DNA of 64,000 nucleotides from Candidatus Latescibacterota bacterium. GTDB lineage: Bacteria; Latescibacterota; UBA2968; UBA8231. Below, one piece after another: positions 47,402 through 56,950 of the stretch. Made by a program: the position numbers and the translations under genes. The stretch is taken from assembly GCA_022820485.1 (NCBI GenBank), contig JAJEFJ010000104.1, forward strand, positions 52,968 through 116,967, in the 5' to 3' direction. The stretch's first letter is position 1, and every line of letters begins with the position of its first letter. The notes under the pieces are model-generated. The model made no database searches. It was not told where the DNA came from and was given only the letters and a program-made list of their open reading frames with translations.

Positions 47402-48814
47402 GTGCTGCTAATTACGCAAAAAGGAACAACTGTGAGCGACACTACATTCGACTTAGTGGTTATCGGCGCAGGACCAGGCGGCTACGTGGCCGCGAGCAAG
47501 GCGGCACAGCTCGGCATGAAGGTGGCCTGCATCGACAAAAGCTACCTCGGCGGCACCTGTCTCAATGTCGGCTGCATCCCCAGCAAGGCGTTGCTAGAGT
47601 CGAGTGATTTATTCTACAGAGCCAAGAAAGGGTTAGGACACCACGGAATCGGACAGGGCGAAGTGGGCTTGGACCTGCAGGCCATGATGGCGCGAAAAGA
47701 AAAAATCGTGCAGACCATGACCAAAGGTATTGAGGGGCTGTTTAAGGGCCGGGGGGTGACGCATTTCGTCGGCACAGGCCAAGTTCGCGCCCCGGGAAGC
47801 GTGGCGGTGCAAGGTTCAGACGGCGAGCAAGTGCTATCTGCCAAGCACATCCTGTTGGCCACGGGGAGCGTACCCGTGGAGTTGTCGAATCTGCCCTTTG
47901 ATGGAAAACACATAATCAGTTCGACCGAGGCCCTAACCTTAGAAAAGGTGCCCGAGCAACTCGTCGTCATCGGCGGCGGTGCCATTGGATTGGAACTGGG
48001 GTCCGTGTGGGCACGGTTGGGTGCCCAAGTGCTCGTAATAGAGGCCATGAATCAGATTTTGCCAGAGATGGACCAAGAGATGGCCCGGCAGCTAGAACGG
48101 CTGCTCAAACGACAGGGACTAAAGTTCCTGCTCGGAGCCAAGGCGCAATCCGCTGCGATCAAAAAAGGCCAAGTGACGCTGACTATTGCGGCTGGCGATC
48201 AAGAACGCGTCGAGACGTGCGATCTGGTGTTGGTGGCCGTGGGACGCAAACCATGCAGCGCCGGGTTGGGGCTGGAAGACGTGGGTGTAGCGACCAACGA
48301 ACGTGGACAAGTCTTAGTTGACACACAGGGCCGCACCAACGTCGAGGGCATCTGGGCTATCGGCGACCTCGTGCCCGGACCGATGCTAGCCCACAAGGCC
48401 GAGGCCGAAGGAATCGCCGTCGCCGAGCGAATGGCCGGACATGCCGGGCAGGTCAACTACGAGGCCATACCCTCGGTCGTGTACACCCACCCAGAGCTAG
48501 CCTCCGTAGGCGCGAGTGAAGAAGACGCCACAGCGGCCGGTCACGAGGTCGCCATCGGCAAGCACCAATTTCGCAGCAATGCCCGCGCCCACTGCATGGA
48601 CGACATCGACGGCCTAGTCAAGGTCGTCGCCGATGCGCGCACCGACCAGCTCTTGGGGATGCACATCCTAGGGCCGCAGGCTTCGCACCTGATCGCCGAA
48701 GGCGTCTTGGCCCTAGAGTTCGGCGCGAGTGCCGAGGATGTGGCCCGCACCGTCCACGCGCATCCAGCACTGTCAGAAGTCGTGGGCGAGGCAGCGCGGG
48801 ACACAGTATCGTGA
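47402..48814 (+). CDS. lpdA: Dihydrolipoyl dehydrogenase (E3)
   Basis: The FAD-binding motif is DLVVIGAGPGGY, the redox disulfide is GGTCLNVGCIPSK, and the C-terminal motif is HAHPALSE. The true start is probably the GTG at ~47435 (VSDTTFDLVVIG), after AAAGGAA. Confidence 0.9.
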   Translation: MLLITQKGTTVSDTTFDLVVIGAGPGGYVAASKAAQLGMKVACIDKSYLGGTCLNVGCIPSKALLESSDLFYRAKKGLGHHGIGQGEVGLDLQAMMARKEKIVQTMTKGIEGLFKGRGVTHFVGTGQVRAPGSVAVQGSDGEQVLSAKHILLATGSVPVELSNLPFDGKHIISSTEALTLEKVPEQLVVIGGGAIGLELGSVWARLGAQVLVIEAMNQILPEMDQEMARQLERLLKRQGLKFLLGAKAQSAAIKKGQVTLTIAAGDQERVETCDLVLVAVGRKPCSAGLGLEDVGVATNERGQVLVDTQGRTNVEGIWAIGDLVPGPMLAHKAEAEGIAVAERMAGHAGQVNYEAIPSVVYTHPELASVGASEEDATAAGHEVAIGKHQFRSNARAHCMDDIDGLVKVVADARTDQLLGMHILGPQASHLIAEGVLALEFGASAEDVARTVHAHPALSEVVGEAARDTVS

Positions 48815-49584
48815 GGCTCGCCGACAAAGTCGTCCTCATCACCGGCGCTGGCTCGGGCATCGGCCGCCAAACCGCGCTGCTCTGCGCCCGTGAAGGCGCG
48901 CACATTGCAGCCGTTGACATCAACGCGACCACGGCCGAAGAAACGGCCGCCACCATCGCCGCCGACAACGGCCAAGCCATCGCCATCGCGGCCGACGTGT
49001 CCCGCGCCGCCGACTGCGAGCACATGGTGCAGCAAGCCGAAGCCGCTTATGGCCGCCTCGACGTGCTGTTCAACAATGCCGGCATCTCCCACCACGCCGA
49101 CGCCGACGCCATCGACACCGAAGAAGAGGTCTGGGACCTGACCATGGCCGTCAATCTCAAGGGCGTCTTTTTGGGTTGCAAATACGGCATTCCGGCCCTG
49201 CGCCGCGCCGGCGGTGGTTCCATCGTCAACACCGCCTCTTTTGTCGCCTTGCTCGGCGCGGCCACGCCCCAATTGGCCTATACCGCCAGCAAGGGCGGCG
49301 TCCTCGCCCTAACGCGCGAACTAGCCGTCATCCACGCCCGCGAAAACATCCGCGTCAACGCACTCTGCCCCGGCCCATTGCGCACCGAGCTGTTGATGAA
49401 ATACCTCGACAGCGAAGAGAAGCGCCAGCGCCGCTTAGTCCACATTCCCATGGGCCGTTTCGGCGAGGCTGAGGAAATCGCCCGCACGGTCGTCTTCTTG
49501 GCCTCGGACGATGCCTCCTTTATCACGGGCTCGACCTTCGTCGTCGATGGCGGCATCACCGCTGCCTACGTGACGCCAGAGTGA
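48811..49584 (+). CDS. SDR-family short-chain dehydrogenase/reductase
   Basis: TGAGSGIGR (TGxxxGIG), NNAG and the catalytic YTASK are present. The start overlaps the lpdA stop (GTGA). Confidence 0.8.
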   Translation: MRLADKVVLITGAGSGIGRQTALLCAREGAHIAAVDINATTAEETAATIAADNGQAIAIAADVSRAADCEHMVQQAEAAYGRLDVLFNNAGISHHADADAIDTEEEVWDLTMAVNLKGVFLGCKYGIPALRRAGGGSIVNTASFVALLGAATPQLAYTASKGGVLALTRELAVIHARENIRVNALCPGPLRTELLMKYLDSEEKRQRRLVHIPMGRFGEAEEIARTVVFLASDDASFITGSTFVVDGGITAAYVTPE

Positions 49585-49699
49585 GGCCGCCCATGCGCTT
49601 TGCGGCCGCAGTTTTCGACCTCGACGGCGCTTTGCTCGCCGAGCCGCTGGACCTGTTGAATTTCCTGTAATCCACCGCACAACTCAGAAAGGGTAAACC

Positions 49700-51013
49700 A
49701 TGAGCGAATTTTTTAAGGGCATCGAAAAAATTGCCTACGAAGGACCGGATTCTAAAAACCCCCTCGCCTTCAAGCACTATGACGCCGAGGCGATAGTCGG
49801 CGGCAAGACCATGGCTGAGCACCTGCGCTTCTCCGTGGCCTTTTGGCACAGCTTCAAGGGCGGGGGTATCGATCCCTTCGGCCCGACTCCGGTGTACGAT
49901 CGGCCCTGGGACCGCGCCACCGATCCCATGCAGCGCGCCGAGGACACCTTGCGCGCGGCCTTTGAGTTCATCACCAAACTCGGTGCGCCGTTCTACTGCT
50001 GGCACGACCGCGACATCGCTCCCGAAGGCGAGACCCTCAAAGAGAGCAACGACCGCCTCGATCACATCGTGGGGCTGGCCGAGCAATTGCAAGCCGACAC
50101 GGGCGTCCGCTTGCTGTGGGGCACGTCCAACTGTTTCTCACACGCGCGCTTTACGCACGGGGCCGCCACCAACCCAGACGCCCACGTCTTCGCCTGGGCT
50201 GCGGCGCAGATCAAAAAAGCCATGGAATGCACCCATCGGCTCGGAGGGGCTAACTACGTGTTTTGGGGTGGACGCGAAGGGTACTCCAGCTTGCTCAACA
50301 CCAACATGGCCCACGAGCAAGACCAACTCGCGCGCTTCTTGCACATGGCCGTCGAACACAAAAAAGCAATCGGCTTTACCGGCACCCTGCTCGTCGAGCC
50401 CAAGCCCAAAGAGCCGACCAAGCACCAGTACGACTACGACGCCGCTACGGTCTTGAGCTTCCTCCGCAAATACGACCTGTTGGACGAGTTCAAGCTCAAC
50501 ATCGAAGCCAACCACGCCACCCTAGCCGGCCACACCTTTGAACACGACCTCCAGCTCGCCTCAGCCGACGGCAAACTGGGCAGCATTGACGCCAATCGCG
50601 GCGATTACCTGCTCGGCTGGGACACCGACCAATTCCCCACCGACCTCTACTCCACCACCTACGCCATGCTGGTGATCCTCAAGCAAGGCGGCATCGCTTC
50701 CGGCGGCATCAACTTCGACGCCAAGCTGCGGCGCGGCTCCTGCGACTTGGAGGATCTCTTCCACGCCCACATCGGCGGCATGGACTCATTCGCCCGCGGG
50801 CTAACGCTGGCCCAGCGCATCATCGACGACGGCGCACTCGACGCCTTTGTCGAGGCGCGCTACGCCTCGTACCGCAGCGGCATCGGCGAGAAGATCATGC
50901 GCGGCGACACCAACTTCGCCGAGCTAGAGGCATACGTCCACCAGCACGGCGAGCCAGAAAAGCGCAGCGGCCGCGAAGAAATGCTGGAGAATATCGTCAA
51001 TAGCTATCTGTAG
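49700..51013 (+). CDS. xylA: Xylose isomerase
   Basis: 437 aa. The class II xylose isomerase landmarks are present (FSVAFWH, WGGREGY, LVEPKPKEP, FHFNG-like region). Confidence 0.9.
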   Translation: MSEFFKGIEKIAYEGPDSKNPLAFKHYDAEAIVGGKTMAEHLRFSVAFWHSFKGGGIDPFGPTPVYDRPWDRATDPMQRAEDTLRAAFEFITKLGAPFYCWHDRDIAPEGETLKESNDRLDHIVGLAEQLQADTGVRLLWGTSNCFSHARFTHGAATNPDAHVFAWAAAQIKKAMECTHRLGGANYVFWGGREGYSSLLNTNMAHEQDQLARFLHMAVEHKKAIGFTGTLLVEPKPKEPTKHQYDYDAATVLSFLRKYDLLDEFKLNIEANHATLAGHTFEHDLQLASADGKLGSIDANRGDYLLGWDTDQFPTDLYSTTYAMLVILKQGGIASGGINFDAKLRRGSCDLEDLFHAHIGGMDSFARGLTLAQRIIDDGALDAFVEARYASYRSGIGEKIMRGDTNFAELEAYVHQHGEPEKRSGREEMLENIVNSYL

Positions 51014-51086
51014 CGACTGATAGCAGGAAAGGGACGTAAATCCATAAGACACGCAAGACGAGAAACGGACACACAACGGAGTTACG

Positions 51087-51980
51087 ATGATTACCGAAGA
51101 ACAAGTCGAGAACCGAAAGCACTGGATCGACGAGATAAGTCGCTCAAGCGGCGATTTTGGCGCTGATGCCGAAAGGATCGAGCAAAAGCTGGAGCAGGAA
51201 ATCCAAGCACAAGGGATTGACGCCCTGCTTGGACACCTGCGTTTATGTGGTGTAATCCCGGAATGCTATGGGCACGACACTAGCGAAGAGAAACTGTACT
51301 CCAAATATACCGATGTTGTGATTCATGCAGCATATACTGCAATGGGGTTTACGAGCTTGGTTCTTAAGGAGCGAGCGAATGTAGCTGATGTTGAGTGCGT
51401 CACCAACGACTACAGTTTTGTCGCTGATGCAAAAGCATTTAGACTGAGCCGCACAGCGAAGAATCAGAAGGATTTCAAGGTACAAGCAATGGACAACTGG
51501 AAGCATGGAAAGCCCTATGCGATGGTTGTTTGTCCAGTATATCAACTTCCATCTCTAAAAAGTCAGATATACAAACAGGCTGCTGAGAGCTCCGTTTGCA
51601 TTGCGACGTATACGCACCTAGCTGTACTTGTTCGTTATGCCCAGAAATCGACTCAGAACAAGGCAATAGAGTTGGTTCACGAGGTGTTTAGAACGGTCGA
51701 AGCGATGAATCCGTCAAAGAATGCAGTTAGCTACTGGCAGGCAGTAAACCGCAAATTTTTGGCTTTTGACGAAGTAATCGGTGCAATATGGCGGGATGAG
51801 AAACTCGCATCAAACGAGGCCATCACTATCTTAAAAGAAGAAGCACTCACTTTCCTCGCCAAGGAGCGAGAGCGAATTATGAGACTGACGTTACGCGGCG
51901 ACCCTACTCGGCGGCATCTAACAGAGGCCGAAAGGCTTCGAGGCTGGGCACCTGTATGGCCGCGCGGAACAACTGCTTGA
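51087..51980 (+). CDS. Hypothetical protein with a PD-(D/E)xK-like motif (possible orphan restriction-type nuclease), low GC
   Basis: TNDYSFVADAKAF fits D...(D/E)xK. GC is ~42% over 51087-51890. The last ~30 codons run into high-GC DNA antisense to the Rpn remnant, so the 3' end looks rearranged. Confidence 0.3.
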   Translation: MITEEQVENRKHWIDEISRSSGDFGADAERIEQKLEQEIQAQGIDALLGHLRLCGVIPECYGHDTSEEKLYSKYTDVVIHAAYTAMGFTSLVLKERANVADVECVTNDYSFVADAKAFRLSRTAKNQKDFKVQAMDNWKHGKPYAMVVCPVYQLPSLKSQIYKQAAESSVCIATYTHLAVLVRYAQKSTQNKAIELVHEVFRTVEAMNPSKNAVSYWQAVNRKFLAFDEVIGAIWRDEKLASNEAITILKEEALTFLAKERERIMRLTLRGDPTRRHLTEAERLRGWAPVWPRGTTA

Positions 51981-52167
51981 GGCGCTGCACATCGTCAATG
52001 GTCGCAATGTGGTCGGCCAACGGATCCGACGCGGCCAGCCCAAAGCGAATCGCCAGCACGTCGAGCAGGTCTTCAACGGCGCGTTCGCGGCCTCCTTGCT
52101 CAATGCCTTGCTCAATGCCTTGCTCAATGCCTTGCTCCCACGCATCGGCGCAACCACGCATCCACAT
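51904..52167 (-). pseudogene. C-terminal remnant of an Rpn/YhgA-family (PDDEXK_7 transposase-like, DUF4351) protein
   Basis: ...EQGIEQGIEQGIEQGGRERAVEDLLDVLAIRFGLAASDPLADHIATIDDVQRLKQLFRAAIQV matches the characteristic DUF4351 C-terminus. No N-terminal nuclease domain remains upstream. Confidence 0.5.
52096..52137. repeat. 12-bp tandem repeat (ttgctcaatgcc x3.5), which encodes the EQGI repeats of the Rpn remnant on the minus strand
   Basis: This repeat was read directly from the sequence. Confidence 0.8.
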
Positions 52168-52357
52168 CCATCCCGGCCGGACGACCCATCAGCGGCGTGA
52201 ACGGTAGGACGCCCACATTGCCCGACGCCAAGTGCGCCAGCCCATCCAACGCGGCCAGCCGGATCACCTTGTAGCGAGCCATCCGCAGCGGCATGGACAA
52301 GGCCGTGCTGTCGGTGGTCTGAAACTCGCAGTGAACTAACGCCTCCTCGCCAAGGAA

Positions 52358-52390
52358 TAATAAAGAAAGCCCCTGAAAAATCAGGGGCTT
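52358..52390 (-). terminator. Rho-independent terminator downstream of tRNA-Val
   Basis: On the minus strand the hairpin AAGCCCCTGAtttttCAGGGGCTT is followed by TTCTTTATTATT. Confidence 0.6.
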
Positions 52391-52396
52391 AGAAGA

Positions 52397-52473
52397 TGGT
52401 GGGCGATACTAGACTTGAACTAGTGACCTCCTGCATGTCAAGCAGGCGCTCTAGCCAGCTGAGCTAATCGCCC
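52397..52473 (-). tRNA. tRNA-Val (anticodon GAC)
   Basis: The minus strand reads GGGCGATTAGCTCAGCTGGCTAGAGCGCCTGCTTGACATGCAGGAGGTCACTAGTTCAAGTCTAGTATCGCCCACCA. It folds as a cloverleaf with an anticodon loop TTGACAT and an encoded CCA. Confidence 0.85.
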
Positions 52474-52634
52474 TTAAATATTTTGGATTTTTGTACGCTA
52501 TCCAGTATAATCTTAAATAATAACAACAGAGCATCAACGCCGTCAAGGTTAATAGGGTAGAGCGGATAGGGGCAGTGGGTCATTAAATCGACTACACAAT
52601 TTGTCCTTTACACCTTAACCCCCGAGGTGTGCTC

Positions 52635-55600
52635 ATGTTGCAGATTTTTTTGCTTCTCGTTTTAGCGGGCGTGGGATTGTCGTGTTCAGATGACCCGAAG
52701 CCGACGGCCCACGATTCTGTACCCCCCCCCCCCAGCTAGCTGCGGCTAAGGCCACAGCGACCGCGTCCTACGAGGTGCCGCAGTCGCTGATCGACCTCGT
52801 GGAGTCCTACTACGAGGCCAACAAGGCCAAGGCCAACCGCAACTACGGTGCCAACTGGTATCGCGTGTTGATCGCCTTCGGCGCGAGTTTGCCGACATGG
52901 GAAGGCGCGGGAGCGGCTCCCACCACCGCCTACACGGCTGCCGAGGCCGAGGATTCCTACGCCGTCTGGTCTGGGTGGAAGCCGATATGGGATGCTCTTA
53001 AAGAGCTGGAGAAGGTCGATGACAACGACGGCGGCACGGACGGCAGCGGCGGCACGGACGACACCACGCCACCCCCGTCCCAAGACCCGGTCATCAGCAT
53101 CGCCCCGGGCTCGGCCATCACCGAGGGCGACTTGGCTATTTTCACGCTGACGGCCACGCCCGCTCCCTCGGCGGGCCTCACCATCAAGCTGACCATCAGC
53201 GAGTCTGGTTCCTTTGTCTCGTCCGGAGCAAAAGACCAGACCTATATGAACACGAGCGGCACGGTCAGCATCACGGTCGGCACCGACGACGATAATACGT
53301 CCGAGGCGGCGGGCACCATCACGCTGACGGTCAACGACGGGTCCGGCTACACGCCTTCTAGCACCAACGGCTCGGCCACCGTCACCGTCAGCGACAACGA
53401 CGGCGGTGCCCCCCCGCCCGATCCACAGCCGGACCCGCAGCCCGATCCACAGTCCGATCCGCAGACGCTCCAAGATCTGCAGACGCAGTACAGCAGTCTG
53501 ATCAGTACGGTCGGCGATTACTACGATGCCAACAAGAACAACGCCAACCGCAACTATGGTGTGAACTGGTATCGCGTGTTGATCGCCTTTGGCGTGTCCC
53601 TGCCGACGTGGGAAGGTGCGGGAGACGCTCCCACCACTGCATACACGGCTGATGAGGCCGAGGATTCCTACGCTGTCTGGTCTGGGTGGAAGCCGATATG
53701 GGACGCCCTAATAGAATTTGAGGCCCTGCAGCCGACGTCCACCGACGAGGGCACCGTCACCGTCGATCCTGATCCGCCGGTGTTTGAGGCCCAGCGATTG
53801 CCGTCCAGAACCTACTCTTTTACGATGCAGGACGGTACATCGGTGCCTAATGGTGACAATTCTTTCACCGGTTTTCAAATTGGCACGTCTGGATCCATTA
53901 CGCTGCGCTTCACGCATAGCGACGTGGGGTCTGGTGGTGGGAAGTGCTTCAGGGGCAGGTTTGTTAATATCACAGCCCCGAAAGGGCACGACATCACCTT
54001 AGTAGCGAAGAAGAAGTCGGATGGGAGCAGCAGCACCTATAAAGGTACCCCCGGTTGGGACGACTACTCCGGCTGCAGCAGTAACGAATACCGCGAGGTT
54101 ACGATCACGTGGACACGCAACAGCGATCCGCTGCCTACCACCGACGCGGACAAGAAGCTCACCTTCTTTTATCGAGACTATGCCCATTCAGATGGTAGAT
54201 ACTACCATGGTGACGACTTCGCGTTCTATCTCACGGAGAAGCCTGTGACCCCGCCCCCGTCCCTAGCCCCAGCTAAGGTGTGGTCCCTCACTAAGCCGGA
54301 TGGCACGGCTTGGGCGGGCTTCACCGAGGGCACGTCCGGAACGCAGGAGCTGCACCTGTCGCACAACCATGACACAGACGAGGATTACTGTTCGTTCAAT
54401 GGCGACATTGAGATCGTGGGGGCTGCTAGCCGCCACAACGTCACGTTCAAGACCAAGGGCGGCAAGGTGCTCGGATGGTTCGACCCCTCCTGCGACAACA
54501 TCGACTTGCAGACCGACGGCTATCGGGCGATAGAGGTCAAGTGGAACAGCAGCTCCAACAACGCCTTCAACGCCGACGAGACGGTCAAGATATGGTTCAA
54601 AAACCGGGATAAGGGAGGAGCCGTCGCCGCGTACAAAGACACAACCGAGTGGACGTTCTCCATCCCGGACGACGGCATGTCCCCGTCGCAGGTATGGAGC
54701 CTCACCAACACGGACGGCTCGGCGTTATCTAACCCATCACTTCTGTTTGAGGAGGGTACGTCCGGGTCGAAGAAGTTACGGTTCACGCACGACCGGTTAA
54801 GCGCAAGCGACTGCTCGTTCAACGGCAACTTTGAGATTACACAGGCCGCGGCCCGTCATAAGGTTAAGTTCACGACGGACGGCACGCGGTTGGACGGTAC
54901 GCCGGGCTGGCGCGACTTCGGCTGCCACCATCTCAAAGGGTCGGGTACAAACAAGTACCGCGAGGTGACGCTCTCGTGGGACAGCACCACCGACTACCAG
55001 GGTAGCACCGACTCCTTCGTGCTGCGTTGGCATGACCGAGGGAAGACCGAGGACGGAACGCCCGTGCAATCCGTCAACTTCATTTTTGCAATCGGCCCCG
55101 ACGGCAAGGACGGCCGGGTCAATCTCATCGGTAATACCCTGACCATCCGCGAGGGCACCAAGGACAACCATACCTTTGTCTTCGACCGACCGAATGGGAC
55201 TGATCTGCGGTTCTTTCATGGCAAGGCGGAGCTTGTGTTCACCCCGTCGTCCTTGAAGGATGACATCGGCGCGACCGTCTTCGGCAACGGCAAGAACGAC
55301 GGATGCGAATGGTACTTCGATGACGACAATCCCCTGACCGATGACTTTGCCCAGCCGTCCTGCACCTTGTCGTGGGACTGGCATACTAACGGGGAAGCCG
55401 GTCCCACCGGCACGATCGCCTTGCAATGGACAGATAGGGTGCCTACCATCCTCAATTCGGGCTATACGCCCTTGCCCCAGACGGTGAACACCAACATCAA
55501 CATCGTCGATGACGGCCTAACCGAGTGTCCGCCCCGCGCACCGGTCCCGGAGAATGGGAAGTGTCGGGCCTACACAGAAGAAGAGTTAAAAGCCCAGTCC

Positions 55601-56710
55601 GCAGAGGCGTTTCAAGCAGCGATGGAAGACCGTCGGGAGGAGGTCTTGGCGCAGGCGCAGCCGTATCCATATCCGTCGGGGCCGTGTACGCCTGACCAAG
55701 ACCTCCTCGATAGGGCGGTGTACTACACCAATGCCATGTGGGTGTCCGACCGGGTGTGCGACCCCATCGCCGACATGAACTCGAACCGCTGCACCCGCTA
55801 CGGCGAGCACCTCGACTACTGGTCGGACGTGCTGGGTGGCCTGCTCGACACGCGGTCGCCCCGCATACCCTTCTTCCGGTGCTACAACAGGTGCGGGGGG
55901 GAGAACCAGTCCGCCTGTGAGAATGTGACCGGCGAGTCGCGGCCGTTAGACTACAAGCCGGAAAATTACGAGGCCATGGTTGACCGGTGCGACTGGAACC
56001 CCCGCTGGACGGCGGTCCAGAAGTTCATCGGGGCTGACTATCATCCACCGGCCACGGTGGCGTCCCTACAGGAGATGAAGGCCAACGACACGCTCAGGCT
56101 AGGGCTGTCGAACATCGCTGACCGCAGCTCCTACAGCGACGACATGGGCTTCTACGACGAGCTCATCACCGAGATCGGGTGGCTGTCCGCCTGCCGGGAC
56201 GGGCTGCGGTATGATCCCGCGTTCAGCAGTCGTAGTGGCTACCAGTCCCCTAGGGCATGGGTCGAGATCGTGGACGACGGCTTCATCCCATGGGTCGAGG
56301 GCACGGTCTATCCGGCTGGCACCTACGTCACATGGAACGGTAATTACTTCCAGGCGAAGGCCACGCAGAAGGACCATGTTGACAAGAACCCGCTCAAAGG
56401 GTCCTTTCGCGGGGCGTGGACGTACTTCTTCTTGACCGAGCACACCGCCGACGCGAAGTCAATTCGGATACGCTCTAACGTCCGCGGCTCTCACCAGGTT
56501 GAGGCCATGATTGGCAACAGCAACAGCTTCGCGGGGCACTCGCCCGTCGATCGGGTGCAGTTCGATATAGTCAACGGCATGTCCGACGTGATCGAGCTCA
56601 ACTGCTCGTCGGATGCTCATTCGGGTCGGGTGTGGCTCTATCCCGTTGCGGGTGACGTGCAGATTCCCCAGGTCACGGGAGGGTCGGTCAACCCGAAAGT
56701 CTGTCGCTAG
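52635..56710 (+). CDS. Giant (>1340 aa when in phase) repeat-rich surface lipoprotein; the signal-peptide exon (52635-52736) is currently out of frame with the body (52694-56710)
   Basis: The ATG at 52635 encodes MLQIFLLLVLAGVGLSCSDDPKPTAHDSVPPPP, a lipoprotein signal with lipobox-like VGLSC. A 12-C tract follows and a TAG stop comes 2 codons later. The -1 frame is open from 52694 through 56710. The body has two ~75-aa near-identical repeats, a Calx-beta-like domain, a (PDPQ)n linker, three ~125-aa novel beta modules, a Cys-rich region and a CBM5/12-like YVTWNGNYFQAKA motif. Confidence 0.6.
52722..52733 (+). repeat. Poly(C)12 homopolymeric tract at the junction between the signal peptide and the mature protein
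   Basis: 12 consecutive C were read directly from the sequence. 13 or 10 C would restore a single reading frame. Confidence 0.8.
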
Positions 56711-56730
56711 CAGTGATGTGGCATCGCCTC

Positions 56731-56790
56731 GGCCCGCCCTAGCCTTCTTCTTTCTTAGAGGAGCTAGGGCGGGCCTTGCTGTTTACTACT
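56731..56790 (+). terminator. Rho-independent terminator after the giant lipoprotein gene
   Basis: A perfect 13-bp inverted repeat GGCCCGCCCTAGC...GCTAGGGCGGGCC is followed by a T-rich stretch. Confidence 0.6.
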
Positions 56791-56950
56791 TACAGATGAG
56801 GCGGACTCCTGAAACTTTCCTTATCCTTATCATCATGCTCAGATGCCTATTCTGCCTTTGTCTGCGTCCATCTGCGGATTATATCGTGGATGATTTTGCT
56901 ATAGGTGCCGCAGGACCCGCTTGACAAGGTGCATCAGAAAGGAAAGCAAA

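Noticed and set aside
47401-47440. lpdA start coordinate: reading the listed bases gives GTG at 47401, not 47402
   Set aside because: This is a one-base discrepancy between my manual indexing and the ORF track. I kept the track coordinates. The biologically likely start is the downstream GTG (~47435) encoding VSDTTFDLVVIG after an RBS.
52096-52137. Possible CRISPR array or other structured repeat at 52.1 kb
   Set aside because: It is only a 12-bp unit repeated 3.5 times with no spacers. It is the DNA image of the EQGI peptide repeats in the Rpn-family remnant. No CRISPR arrays are seen anywhere in the window.
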